Assembly: GCF_000020385.1 (NCBI RefSeq)
Contig: NC_010814.1
Location: 1,290,001-1,322,000 of the forward strand
Direction of reading: 5' to 3'
DNA: 32,000 nt
Source: Trichlorobacter lovleyi SZ
GTDB taxonomy: Bacteria; Desulfobacterota; Desulfuromonadia; Geobacterales; Pseudopelobacteraceae
Within the stretch, counting starts at the first letter, position 1. Every line of letters begins with the position of its first letter. The notes under the pieces were generated by a model. That model made no database searches, had not been told where the DNA came from, and worked only from the letters and a program-made list of their open reading frames with translations. This document shows positions 17,139 to 28,599 of this stretch, piece after piece. The position numbers were made by a program, and so were the translations under genes.

Positions 17139-18989
17139 GTGAGCAAAAAGGACAAATTACTCGCAGATGCCCAGAAACTGATGCAAAAAGGGCAGGCCGA
17201 CAAGGCTATCAACTGCTATCAGGAAGCCCTGGCAACGGACCCTGCTGACCTGAGGGTGCGTCAACGCCTTGCTGAACTGCTTGCCAAGTACCGCCGTGTC
17301 GATGAAGCACGTAAAGAGCTTGAAACCATTGGCAAAAGCCTGACCGCAAACGGTTTCTACATGAAGGCCATTGCGGTCTACAAGCAGATAGAAAAGCTGT
17401 TTCCGGAAGATATTGCCATTGCCTTGACTCTGGCAGGTTTGAATGAAAAACATGGTCTCTCCGCCAATGCGCTTTCCGAATATAAGCGGGCCTACGACCA
17501 TTATGAACGGCTGCAGAACCATGTTGAAGCCTTAAAGGCACTTGAGGCCATGCAGCGGATAGATACCCATAACCCCAATATCAAGCTGAAGTATGCTGAG
17601 GTGCTGTTTCAGCAGGGGCGGCTTGATGAAGCGCTGGAGGCGTTCAGGTCGCTTGGGCTGCTGCTGGTGGAACGACGGGATGAGGCCGCCTTTTCGCGCC
17701 TTGCGGAGCGCCTGTCTCAACTTTTTCCGGACAAAGGGGATTTTACCTGTTCGGTTATCGAGCAAAAGATCAGTGATGGCGGGGCAGAACAGGCTGCGGT
17801 CCTGCTGCAGGCACTGATCAAGGCCGATCCACAACGTCTGTCTGCCTGGCAGCTGTTGGTGAAGGCATATCGTGCGCTTGAGAATACTGCCCGTCTCAAG
17901 ACGGTCTGCCAGCATTTTATCAAATTTTTCCCATCAGAGCTGTTTCCCCGTGAGCAGTTGATCCGTGCCCTGCTGGACGAGCAGGAGACCTCTGCGGCAT
18001 TAACCCTGATGGATGAGAGCGAACAACTCTTTATTGCCGCCGGCGCTGCGGGAACACTGCGTGAATTTTACCTGGCTCTGAACGATCTGGTGCCGATCAA
18101 CGTCCGTATCCTGAAAGGCTGTGCCCGGGCATGTGAAGCTGCCGGCATGAGTGAAGAAGCCGCTTCCTTTGCCGCCAAGATCGGTTCACTGGCAGGCCTG
18201 GGGGGAGGGCAACCGGCAGTTGCAGTGCCTGCTGAAGAAGAGCTGGCTGCTGACGAGATAGAAGAACTGCTGCCGGAGGTGGAGCCTGAGATCGAACTGG
18301 AGATGCAGGCTGTCGGACAGGCTGAAGAGGGTGTTTCGCCGGCAGCAACCCATGGCACGGGCCCGCGCGAACTGGATATCAGTGACTTCAGTGTTGCCAA
18401 GGCTTCACTTGAGGCTGATTTTTATGAGATTGAAGTGGAGTTGGACGAAGATCTGGGGGCTGCAGCCGTTGCTCCGGCAGATACCTGGTTTGAAACGGTT
18501 AACGATATATTTGACAACATTCAGACCGAGACCGGCAAGGTCCGCTTTGGCGCAGGAATGGAAAATGGTGATGCCCAGTCCCAGTATGACCTGGGGTTGG
18601 CCTTCCATGAGATGGGGCTTTATGATGAGGCGATCAATGCCTTGCGTCAGGCTGCAGAAGATCCTGAACGCCGTGTCTCCTGCCTGATCCTGCAGGGTGC
18701 CTGTCTCAGGGATAAGGGGGAGCTGCAGCTGGCAGAGAATGCGCTGCGCGCATTGCTCACGTTGCCCTCACTCTCTACTGAGGATAGTTGTGCGCTTAAG
18801 TATGAGCTGGCGTTGACCCTGACTGTTGTAGGCAAAAACGATGAGGCCTGGACACTTTTGGAGGAGGTGGAGCGGATAAATCCTGCCTACCGCGATGTTT
18901 CTGCACGTCTGCATGATGCTTCAGAAGGGAAGAGTGTCGGAGGGCTTGACTTCAGTGAGGATGAGTTGCTGGACTTTGAACTGAAATAG
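17139..18989 (+). CDS. Large tetratricopeptide-repeat protein with a central acidic low-complexity region
   Basis: GTG start. N-terminal and C-terminal TPR-like helical repeats (e.g. AINCYQEALATDPADLRVRQRLAELL, YDLGLAFHEMGLYDEAINALRQA). Central Glu-rich stretch AEEELAADEIEELLPEVEPEIELEMQ. Confidence 0.8.
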   Translation: MSKKDKLLADAQKLMQKGQADKAINCYQEALATDPADLRVRQRLAELLAKYRRVDEARKELETIGKSLTANGFYMKAIAVYKQIEKLFPEDIAIALTLAGLNEKHGLSANALSEYKRAYDHYERLQNHVEALKALEAMQRIDTHNPNIKLKYAEVLFQQGRLDEALEAFRSLGLLLVERRDEAAFSRLAERLSQLFPDKGDFTCSVIEQKISDGGAEQAAVLLQALIKADPQRLSAWQLLVKAYRALENTARLKTVCQHFIKFFPSELFPREQLIRALLDEQETSAALTLMDESEQLFIAAGAAGTLREFYLALNDLVPINVRILKGCARACEAAGMSEEAASFAAKIGSLAGLGGGQPAVAVPAEEELAADEIEELLPEVEPEIELEMQAVGQAEEGVSPAATHGTGPRELDISDFSVAKASLEADFYEIEVELDEDLGAAAVAPADTWFETVNDIFDNIQTETGKVRFGAGMENGDAQSQYDLGLAFHEMGLYDEAINALRQAAEDPERRVSCLILQGACLRDKGELQLAENALRALLTLPSLSTEDSCALKYELALTLTVVGKNDEAWTLLEEVERINPAYRDVSARLHDASEGKSVGGLDFSEDELLDFELK

Positions 18990-19043
18990 TGTCCTCTTGT
19001 GTATCAAGACGCTAACTCCATTTGAATGGATTTGTCGTTACAC

Positions 19044-19077
19044 AAAAGCCCTGCCACGAAATCGTGACAGGGCTTTT
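19044..19077. terminator. Bidirectional intrinsic terminator between the convergent TPR gene and P2
   Basis: AAAAGCCCTGCCACG-AAAT-CGTGACAGGGCTTTT hairpin (one mismatch) with A-tracts and T-tracts on both sides. Confidence 0.6.
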
Positions 19078-19110
19078 CTAATGCTGCAATCCGGTCTGGT
19101 TAAAGCGGGC

Positions 19111-19788
19111 TCACGGTCCGCCTGTCTTGCTCTGGTAACGGTTGACGGCCGTCTTCCAGACATTGCTGACATTGATCATCTCCAGCAGGTCATGGCCCAT
19201 CAGCTCATTGGCACTTACCGTGGTATAGAGATCTATTTTTGCGGCAGGATCCTGAGCAAGCTGCTGAGAATCACCGGGTGAGGCTTCAATCTCGTGTGAG
19301 CCATCATGGAAGAACCCCAGCGGATTGCCTTCTTTATAGAAAATCATGGCAGAACGGTCCTGGGTGTAGATCCTGAGACAGCAGTTCATCTGTTCGTTTT
19401 TGACCCGCTCCAGCAAGACCTTGATGTCAATCAGTGCAAGTTCCTGAGCGCGGTAACGGGCCTCACCCTGCAGCAGGGCGTGAATACACATGGTGAGGTC
19501 ATCGGAAAGCCGGTAGACGTTAAGCGTGCTGCTGCTGCTTTCGAGCATCTGCTCTGCCAGTGCGGTCATGCCTTCGAAGCCATTCAGACGAACACCCTGG
19601 TTGTTCTCAAAAATGATGCTGACCAGTTTGCCTGATTCGAATACCAGGATGCCGACTGCGGTGGGAAAGGTCAGGCTGGCATAGCCGGTAAAACAACCGT
19701 GGGCAAGCTTGGTGATGATGGCGTCCAGTTGTAGTTCAGCGGCGTCAAGATTTTCAAAAAGAGGGGTGCCTTTCGGGAGACGAAGCAT
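19111..19788 (-). CDS. Cytoplasmic protein of unrecognised family (paralog P2 of the 15928-16929 product)
   Basis: AGGAGGA RBS. 225 aa, collinear with the N-terminal ~220 aa of P1 (blocks listed there). Confidence 0.75.
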   Translation of the reverse strand: MLRLPKGTPLFENLDAAELQLDAIITKLAHGCFTGYASLTFPTAVGILVFESGKLVSIIFENNQGVRLNGFEGMTALAEQMLESSSSTLNVYRLSDDLTMCIHALLQGEARYRAQELALIDIKVLLERVKNEQMNCCLRIYTQDRSAMIFYKEGNPLGFFHDGSHEIEASPGDSQQLAQDPAAKIDLYTTVSANELMGHDLLEMINVSNVWKTAVNRYQSKTGGP

Positions 19789-19839
19789 GCTTAATCCTCC
19801 TGACAGTACAATGCGGCAGAAAATGAAAATATACTGTAT

Positions 19840-19868
19840 ACGTTACGATAGGCATTGCTGAATGTCAA
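19840..19868 (-). promoter_or_regulatory. Putative sigma70 promoter of P2
   Basis: The minus strand reads TTGACA (19863-19868), a 17-nt spacer, then TAACGT (19840-19845). Confidence 0.35.
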
Positions 19869-19898
19869 AAGAATGTTTGGACATCAGGGGAATCTGCT

Positions 19899-19942
19899 GC
19901 CGGGGCAGTCCGTATGACGGACAGCCCCGGCATACGGACTGC
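19899..19942 (-). other. Two mutually exclusive stem-loops directly downstream of the maeB stop codon
   Basis: Hairpin 1 spans 19899-19931: GCCGGGGC.GTCCGT-ATG-ACGGAC.GCCCCGGC, 14 bp plus one mismatch. Hairpin 2 pairs 19905-19916 with 19931-19942 (12 bp, GCAGTCCGTATG/CATACGGACTGC). No U-tract follows either. Confidence 0.5.
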
Positions 19943-19949
19943 TGGTGTG

Positions 19950-22208
<2,259 letters not shown>

Positions 22209-22300
22209 GGTCGACATTCCTCCAGAATTAATTTAGTGATGATAAAAAAATAGTTAATAATGTCCTGATTACACTGGCTTGTGTTTATTATGACTAAAGA

Positions 22301-22329
22301 CATATATGCCCCTTGTCGGGGGCTGTCAA
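22301..22329 (-). promoter_or_regulatory. Putative sigma70 promoter of maeB
   Basis: The minus strand reads TTGACA (22324-22329), a 17-nt spacer containing a GCCCC/GGGGC hairpin, then TATATG (22301-22306). An AT-rich leader of about 85 nt follows. Confidence 0.45.
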
Positions 22330-22442
22330 GCGCTATCAGTCCTGAATAAAAAAATATTCTATTTCCATGCAGTAAGAGTTGAGATGGCTACACGAGTACC
22401 GTATTATACAACCTTAACTTTTTGCATGCTCAGGAGTTGTCA

Positions 22443-23354
22443 GTGGTTGATGGGGCATCCGGCTATATAGGCATTGATATTGGAGGAACAAACCTGCGCG
22501 GTGCGCTGGTGCGGCCAGGGGGCGAGGTGATGGCCCGCTTCAGGTCGAAGAGTGCCATTGAGGGCGGGGCAGATTCTTTCCTGATGCGCCTGACAGAGGA
22601 AATTGACCGGCTGATCGTTGAAGCCCGAGTTTCCGGTCTGCAGGTCAGTGGTGTCGGTGTCGGTGTGCCTGGTCTGATCGGAAGCGATGGTGTCATCCAT
22701 TCATCCGTAAACCTGCGGCCGCTGGAGGGGATGAATCTGTCCCGTTCACTGGAGGACCGGCTGGGAATACCGGTGATATCGGCCAATGATGCCAACCTGA
22801 TCGCCCTGGGTGAGGCCTGGGCCGGTGCCGGACAAGGCATGCGCTCGCTGATGGTGATAACCATTGGAACCGGATTGGGAAGTGGTTTGATACTTGATGG
22901 CAAACTCTGGACAGGCGCTGGTGGTTTTGCCGCTGAATTCGGACATCTGACCGTTGAGCCGGAAGGGATTCCCTGTCCCTGTGGTAACCGCGGTTGTCTG
23001 GAACAGTATGTATCGGCAGCTGCCCTTTCCCGGTATGGCCGGGGTAAGACACCGGAAGTCCTGGCCCTGCTGGCCGGGGAGGGCGACACTGATGCCTGTG
23101 CCGCATTCGAAACCCTCGGTTACTGGCTGGGGACCGCCCTTGCCGGTTTGGTCAATACTCTGAATCTCGAGGGAGTTATCATCGGCGGTGGTGTCTCGGC
23201 CAGCTTTGATCTGTTTGCCCCGGCCGTGCTGCAGACACTCAAACAGCGCGCCTTCCCCCGGATGGTGGCAGCGTTGAAGCTCTGTCAGGCAGCTCTGGGG
23301 GATGATGCCGGACTTGTGGGAGGGGCGTTGCTGGCTGCAGGAAAGAGTTTCTAG
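22443..23354 (+). CDS. glk: ROK family glucokinase
   Basis: IGIDIGGTNLRGALV ATP-binding motif, VGVGVPG, ANDANLIALGE, and the ROK zinc motif GHL..EP.G.PCPCGNRGCLEQY. The GTG at 22443 lies 6 nt after AGGAG. The track uses a TTG at 22422. Confidence 0.88.
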   Translation: MVDGASGYIGIDIGGTNLRGALVRPGGEVMARFRSKSAIEGGADSFLMRLTEEIDRLIVEARVSGLQVSGVGVGVPGLIGSDGVIHSSVNLRPLEGMNLSRSLEDRLGIPVISANDANLIALGEAWAGAGQGMRSLMVITIGTGLGSGLILDGKLWTGAGGFAAEFGHLTVEPEGIPCPCGNRGCLEQYVSAAALSRYGRGKTPEVLALLAGEGDTDACAAFETLGYWLGTALAGLVNTLNLEGVIIGGGVSASFDLFAPAVLQTLKQRAFPRMVAALKLCQAALGDDAGLVGGALLAAGKSF

Positions 23355-23463
23355 GCAGCCTGTTTTTTTTGCCGGGGAGTTTACTTTCAGCTAAATGATG
23401 GTATCCTTTTCTGGCACAAGATCTGGTCTGACGGGTTACTAAAGCATATTCAGGGGGTTACGT

Positions 23464-24672
23464 ATGAAACGAATCTGGTTGTTCCTGGTGTTGACACTGG
23501 TTGTGCTGGCAGGGGGCTGCGCCAAACAGGTTGCCCGTTGTACGGCACCGGAAGACAATCCGGCACATCATTATCTGCGTGGAATGGAGGCGCTTGAGGC
23601 CGGTAAAGTTGACTTGGCCCAGGATAAGTTTGATCGGGCGCTCTATTGTGAGGAAAACTTTTCAGCGGCCTATGGCGGCAAGGCCATTGTGGCAGCCCTG
23701 AAGGCCAAAGGGATGAATGATGCCAGCTATCGTGGCGTAGAGGTGGCCCGTGCCGAGGAATACCTTGAGAAAGCCCTGAAGCTTGCAGAAAGCGACAATG
23801 ACCGTTTTGAGTACCAGCTGGCTGTACTGAGGGCGGCATCTGCAGTAAAGGGGAAAGACTGGCTGGACCGGGCTGAAGCAGCCTACCGTGCTGTCCAGTC
23901 CATCGAGAAGCTTGATGAGCGGCGGCTTGACTACTATCAGGGCAAGGAGGCCGCTGCCTATTTCATGGGACTGGCCTATCTGGAAGGATATCAGTTCCGC
24001 AAGGCAGAGGATAAGTTCCGCGAGACCCTGGACAGCCGTAAAATGGGCAAGTGGAATGAACCAGCCGACAAGGCCTGGAAAAAGACTGCCAAGATTGTGC
24101 GGGCCATGGGTGGAATAACCGTTGGCGATGTTGGCCGCAAGGTTGCGGTAAAGGAAGCGGTATCCCGTGGCGATCTGGCTGCCCTGCTGGTGGATGAGAT
24201 GAAGATCGACAAACTGTTTGCCGGACGGATCCCGGTCAAATCGCAACTGGATGCCATGAAGGCCGAATTTACACCGGCAGATTTGCTGTCCCATCCGTTC
24301 CGTGATGAAGTCAATACCATCATGAAATGGAAGGTGCGCGGCCTTGAACCCAAGTTCGACCAGACCACCAAGGCCTATCTTTTTAAGCCGGAAGACAAGG
24401 TGATGCGGGGTGAGATGGCCTTTATTCTTGAAGATGTGTTGATCAAGCTGACCGGCGATGAAAAACTGGCCACCGCCTATTTCGGTCAGGAACGTTCCCC
24501 CTTCCCGGATGTCAAGGCGACCTCTCCCTTCTACAACGCCGTCATGAACATGACCAGCCGCGGGATTATGGAAGGCGAGCTGTCCGGCGAGTTCCGCTTT
24601 AACGAGCCGGTTGACGGCGCCGAGGCGATTCTTGCCATCCGGATGCTGCAGCAAAAAATCAATATCTATTAG
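23464..24672 (+). CDS. Lipoprotein with an N-terminal TPR-like helical region and C-terminal SLH-like repeats
   Basis: Lipobox LAGGC|A. The C-terminal FPDVKATSPFYNAVMNMTSRGIMEGELSGEFRFNEPVDGAEAILAIRML resembles an S-layer-homology repeat, as does the preceding FTPADLLSHPFRDEVNTIMKW...VMRGEMAFILEDVL. Assignment by eye. Confidence 0.7.
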   Translation: MKRIWLFLVLTLVVLAGGCAKQVARCTAPEDNPAHHYLRGMEALEAGKVDLAQDKFDRALYCEENFSAAYGGKAIVAALKAKGMNDASYRGVEVARAEEYLEKALKLAESDNDRFEYQLAVLRAASAVKGKDWLDRAEAAYRAVQSIEKLDERRLDYYQGKEAAAYFMGLAYLEGYQFRKAEDKFRETLDSRKMGKWNEPADKAWKKTAKIVRAMGGITVGDVGRKVAVKEAVSRGDLAALLVDEMKIDKLFAGRIPVKSQLDAMKAEFTPADLLSHPFRDEVNTIMKWKVRGLEPKFDQTTKAYLFKPEDKVMRGEMAFILEDVLIKLTGDEKLATAYFGQERSPFPDVKATSPFYNAVMNMTSRGIMEGELSGEFRFNEPVDGAEAILAIRMLQQKINIY

Positions 24673-24717
24673 TCTACGCCCTTACGTGGTACGCAATCTG
24701 ACAAGGAGGAAGTTTCA

Positions 24718-25626
24718 ATGAAAAAGAGCATCATACTGGCAGCAGTGGCCCTGATGGGTTTTGCAGGACTGGCCCAGGCGGATGAAGTGGACCTGAAACA
24801 CTACAAGATGGCCCGTGAGTACATCAGAAAAGAAAAGGTAACCGTCACGGTGACGGTTGAGCAGGCGTTCAAGCAGGATGCGATCCTGGTGGTGGGAGAA
24901 GGGGTGCCGAAGAAAGGCACCACCGGCGGACAGAAACGTCTGACGGCCCTCAGGGCTGCCGAAGTTGCTGCCCAGCGGGCTTTGGCAGAGCTGCTGAAAG
25001 GGGTCTCCATTACCGGCGAGACAACGGTCCGGGATGCAGAGCTTGAGTCTGATGTGATCAGGTCTTCAGTGAACACCTTTATCAAGGGCTTTCATCCGGT
25101 GGTGAAAGACTGGAATGCCGAAGAGGAGACCGCCCTGGTTATTTTGCGGGTAGGAATCAATGGTCCGGGCAGTTTTGGTGCCATGATGTATGAAAAGGTC
25201 CTGACCGAGCCCAAAATCAAGCAACAGGTTGAGAAGCCGGTCTATACACCGCCTGCTGACGTTCCTGCTCCGGCACCGGTTGCACAGGCCTTTGACGGTC
25301 TGATCATCGATGCCACCGCATACTCCTTCCGTCCGGCCCTTATCAACCGGATCTTTAACCCCAAGGGTGAGGTGCTGTATGATCCGGCCAAGATCAGCCA
25401 GAAGGTGCTGGTTGAGCAAGGCTGCGGCGAGTACACCAACAGTGTGGACAAGGCCCGTGCCGCCCTGCGCAAGCGTGGCGTCAACAACCCGCTGGTGGTG
25501 AAGGCCTCCGGTACGGTCAGCCCGTCTGACCTGCAGGTAAATAATGAAGTTGCCCTGCAGATTTTCAGTGCCAACCAGAATAACGGCTTTATGGCTGATG
25601 CCCGGGTTGCCTTTGTGCTGAAGTAG
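24718..25626 (+). CDS. Exported LPP20-like domain protein
   Basis: AAGGAGGAAG RBS and signal peptide ...GLAQA|DE. GQKRLTALRAAEVAAQRALAELLKGVSITGETTVRD..E.D.I resembles the LPP20/FlgP-type domain. The C-terminal half is unassigned. Confidence 0.7.
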   Translation: MKKSIILAAVALMGFAGLAQADEVDLKHYKMAREYIRKEKVTVTVTVEQAFKQDAILVVGEGVPKKGTTGGQKRLTALRAAEVAAQRALAELLKGVSITGETTVRDAELESDVIRSSVNTFIKGFHPVVKDWNAEEETALVILRVGINGPGSFGAMMYEKVLTEPKIKQQVEKPVYTPPADVPAPAPVAQAFDGLIIDATAYSFRPALINRIFNPKGEVLYDPAKISQKVLVEQGCGEYTNSVDKARAALRKRGVNNPLVVKASGTVSPSDLQVNNEVALQIFSANQNNGFMADARVAFVLK

Positions 25627-25657
25627 ACTGATTTTGTTTAAGTTGATTCATACTTGC

Positions 25658-25691
25658 AAAAAGCCCCGCACTATCTGTTGCGGGGCTTTTT
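25658..25691 (+). terminator. Intrinsic terminator after the LPP20-like gene
   Basis: GCCCCGCA-8 nt loop-TGCGGGGC stem followed by TTTTT. Confidence 0.7.
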
Positions 25692-25805
25692 ATTAGTTGC
25701 AAACAAATAGCAGTGCCGTACAAGTACAAAATGGAGTCTAGTAATCTGAGCAGGTCTGGATAACAGTGCAGTTTGCTCGTTTGAAAGCTGCAGGAGGTCG
25801 TGGAA

Positions 25806-27590
25806 ATGCTACTGACATCAGTTCCGCACGTGCCACCCTTGGAGGTGACCCGTCGTCGATTTGTACAGGGGCTTGCCGCGGGTGCCATGTTGTTCTGGCT
25901 TCCTTCCTGGCTCGGCGATGCCAACGGCAACTCTGGCTATCCCCCCACCATCACCGGTAGTCCACCGGAGTTGCGCGGGACAGAGTTTGATCTGCAGATC
26001 GCTGAGACAATGGTAAACTTTACCGGCTCAACGCGTCCGGCAACCACCATCAATGGCTCGCTTCCTGCTCCTACCTTGCGTTGGCGTCAGGGAGACACGG
26101 TGACCCTGCGGGTAACCAACCGGCTCTCAGTCCCTACCTCGCTTCACTGGCACGGTATTATCCTGCCCTATCAGATGGATGGTGTGCCGGGAGTCAGTTT
26201 CAACGGCATCGCCCCCGGCACGACCTTCGTCTATCGCTTCAAGGTGAACCAGTCGGGCACCTACTGGTACCACTCGCATTCCGGCATGCAGGAGCAAACC
26301 GGTATGTACGGCGCCCTTATCATTGACCCTGCAGAGCGTCCCGCTTCCCGGACTGATCGTGACTATGTACTGCTTTTATCGGATTGGACCGATGAGGACC
26401 CGATGCGAATTCTTGCCAAGTTGAAGGCCCAGTCCCATTACTACAACTACAATCAGCCCACAGTGGCCGATTTTATCAATGACCTGCGTAAACAGGGACT
26501 TGCCGGGGCATTAGACAAACGCCAGATGTGGAATCAGATGCGGATGAGCCCGACGGATCTGTCCGATGTCACCGGGGCAACCTACACCTATCTGCTGAAC
26601 GGTTCTCCACCGGCTGCCGGATGGACCGGCCTGTTCCGGCCAGGTGAAACAGTCCGACTGCGCTGTATTAACGCTTCGGCACAGACCTTTTTCGATCTGC
26701 GGATCCCTGGCCTTAAACTGACCGTGATCCAGGTGGATGGACAGGATGTGGAGCCGGTCAGCGTGGATGAACTGCGGATCGGGGTGGCTGAAACCTATGA
26801 TCTGCTGGTCACACCGGGGCAGGGGGCCTATACGGTCTTTGCCCAGGCCATGGACCGCAGCGGTTTCGCCTGTGGCACTCTGGCGGAGCGGCAGGGGCTG
26901 ACCGCAGCGGTACCCGGGATGGATCAGCCGGAGTGGCTGGAGATGGTTGACATGATGGGGGCTATGGAGCATGGCAGCCATCATGGATCTGACTCAGCTG
27001 CCGTGGCAGATCAGCACCATGCCGGGCATTCCCCGCCACCGACCGCACACCCGTTAGCCAAACCGTCGCAAACGGTCCGGCACGCCCGCAGTGAATACGG
27101 TCCCACTGTTGACATGCGGGTAGACCAGCCCAGAACCAATCTGGATGACCCCGGTATCGGTCTGCGCAGGAACGGTAGAAGGGTGCTGACCTATGCCGAT
27201 ATCCGCACGCTTGGCGGCCCGTTGGACCGGCGTTTGCCAGAACGGGAAATCGAGCTGCATCTGACCGGCAACATGCATCGCTACAGCTGGTCCTTTGACG
27301 GCGTTGAATATGGCGATTCCACACCGATCCGTTTCCGTTACGGCGAGCGTCTGCGGATCATTCTGCACAATGATACCATGATGACCCACCCGATGCATCT
27401 GCACGGCATGTGGAGCGAGCTTGAAAATGCCGATGGGCTTTTTATGGCACGCAGGCACACCATCAGTGTCCAACCGGCACAGCGGATCAGTTTTCTGGTG
27501 ACGGCCGATGCTCCGGGCAGATGGGTCTTTCACTGTCACCTGCTGTATCATATGGATGCAGGCATGTTCCGGGAGGTGGTGGTGGCATGA
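25806..27590 (+). CDS. copA: Copper-resistance multicopper oxidase CopA/PcoA type, Tat-exported
   Basis: Twin-arginine signal TRRRFVQGLAAGA. Copper-site motifs are HWHG, WYHSHSG, HPMHLHG and HCHLLYHMDAGM, plus a Met/His-rich insert MVDMMGAMEHGSHHGS. The ATG at 25806 lies 8 nt after AGGAGG. The track GTG at 25800 is too close to the RBS. Confidence 0.9.
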   Translation: MLLTSVPHVPPLEVTRRRFVQGLAAGAMLFWLPSWLGDANGNSGYPPTITGSPPELRGTEFDLQIAETMVNFTGSTRPATTINGSLPAPTLRWRQGDTVTLRVTNRLSVPTSLHWHGIILPYQMDGVPGVSFNGIAPGTTFVYRFKVNQSGTYWYHSHSGMQEQTGMYGALIIDPAERPASRTDRDYVLLLSDWTDEDPMRILAKLKAQSHYYNYNQPTVADFINDLRKQGLAGALDKRQMWNQMRMSPTDLSDVTGATYTYLLNGSPPAAGWTGLFRPGETVRLRCINASAQTFFDLRIPGLKLTVIQVDGQDVEPVSVDELRIGVAETYDLLVTPGQGAYTVFAQAMDRSGFACGTLAERQGLTAAVPGMDQPEWLEMVDMMGAMEHGSHHGSDSAAVADQHHAGHSPPPTAHPLAKPSQTVRHARSEYGPTVDMRVDQPRTNLDDPGIGLRRNGRRVLTYADIRTLGGPLDRRLPEREIELHLTGNMHRYSWSFDGVEYGDSTPIRFRYGERLRIILHNDTMMTHPMHLHGMWSELENADGLFMARRHTISVQPAQRISFLVTADAPGRWVFHCHLLYHMDAGMFREVVVA

Positions 27591-28498
27591 TTACGTACCT
27601 GCAACAGGTTATCCGGTTTGCTGTGCGGCATGGGTTGCTGGCGTGCTGCTGCAGCTTCGGTCTTGCCGGTGTCGCATGGAGCCAGCAGGGTGAGGGGACG
27701 CCCCATGACGGTCATGCCGGGCATGGGACCGAGATCGGGCAGGTGTCACCTGCTGCTGAGCCGGCTGACTCAGTGCATGATCGGCATGGTGTACAACAGC
27801 CGGAGCAGGCCCGTGATCCCGCTGCCTATTCTGACGGCTATGGCTTCGGGCCGCTGCCCAGGATGCAGATGTCGGATCAGCACGCTTTCGGAGCGCTAGT
27901 GGCCAATCGTCTGGAAGGACAATGGCACGCCAACGGACCACCGGAGCTGGTCTATGATCTGCAGGCCTGGTATGGCGGCAGCTATGACCGTCTGCTGCTT
28001 AAGGCAGAGGGTGCAGTGAAACAGGGGCGTCTGGATGAGGCGCATACAGAGGCGTATTGGTCCCATGCCGTCTCACCCTATTGGGATGCTCTGCTGGGAC
28101 TGCGGTATGACAGTGGTGAAAAGCCGGGGCAGGGCTGGCTGGCCTGTGGTCTGCAGGGACTTGCCCCCTACTGGGTCGAGTTGAAAGTGAATCTGTACCT
28201 AGGTCACACCGGGCAGCTGGCTGCCCGTCTTGAAGCGGAGTATGAGTTGCTGCTGACTCAACGGCTGATACTGCAGCCCCGTCTGGAGGCAACCCTGTAC
28301 AGTAAGCGGGACGAACAGCGCGAGACCGGTTCCGGACTGTCTGAGGTGACAGCCGGTCTGAGGCTGCGCTATGAGTTTAGCCGGGAATATGCCCCCTATC
28401 TGGGGGTTGAATGGTACCTGCCCGTTGGAGAATCCAGGCATATCAGTGGTAAAGCCGATGAAACACGGCTTGTGGCCGGTCTGCGGCTACGCTTCTGA
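27587..28498 (+). CDS. copB: Copper resistance protein B (outer-membrane CopB/PcoB family)
   Basis: ATGA overlap with copA. Signal peptide, His-rich N-terminus (HDGHAGHG), then beta-barrel-like alternating sequence ending ...LVAGLRLRF with a terminal aromatic residue. Confidence 0.85.
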   Translation: MITYLQQVIRFAVRHGLLACCCSFGLAGVAWSQQGEGTPHDGHAGHGTEIGQVSPAAEPADSVHDRHGVQQPEQARDPAAYSDGYGFGPLPRMQMSDQHAFGALVANRLEGQWHANGPPELVYDLQAWYGGSYDRLLLKAEGAVKQGRLDEAHTEAYWSHAVSPYWDALLGLRYDSGEKPGQGWLACGLQGLAPYWVELKVNLYLGHTGQLAARLEAEYELLLTQRLILQPRLEATLYSKRDEQRETGSGLSEVTAGLRLRYEFSREYAPYLGVEWYLPVGESRHISGKADETRLVAGLRLRF

Positions 28499-28567
28499 CT
28501 TCTGTTGCCCACGTGTCACCTGATGGTTCCTGTTCCAGATCTGCAGAGAATGTAATGCAGATTTTCG

Positions 28568-28595
28568 GGAACTTTTTGCTGCAGGAGATGTCTGA
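28568..28595 (+). promoter_or_regulatory. ECF (sigmaE-type) promoter, probably autoregulatory
   Basis: GGAACTT (28568-28574), a 16-nt spacer, then TCTGA (28591-28595). The extended motif GGGAACTTTTT.CTG....TGTCT.A recurs at 30203-30232. Confidence 0.6.
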
Positions 28596-28599
28596 TGAT

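Noticed and set aside
23662-24654. A 330-aa minus-strand ORF opposite the SLH-like lipoprotein gene
   Set aside because: The forward frame has an RBS, a lipobox and repeat structure. The reverse frame has none.
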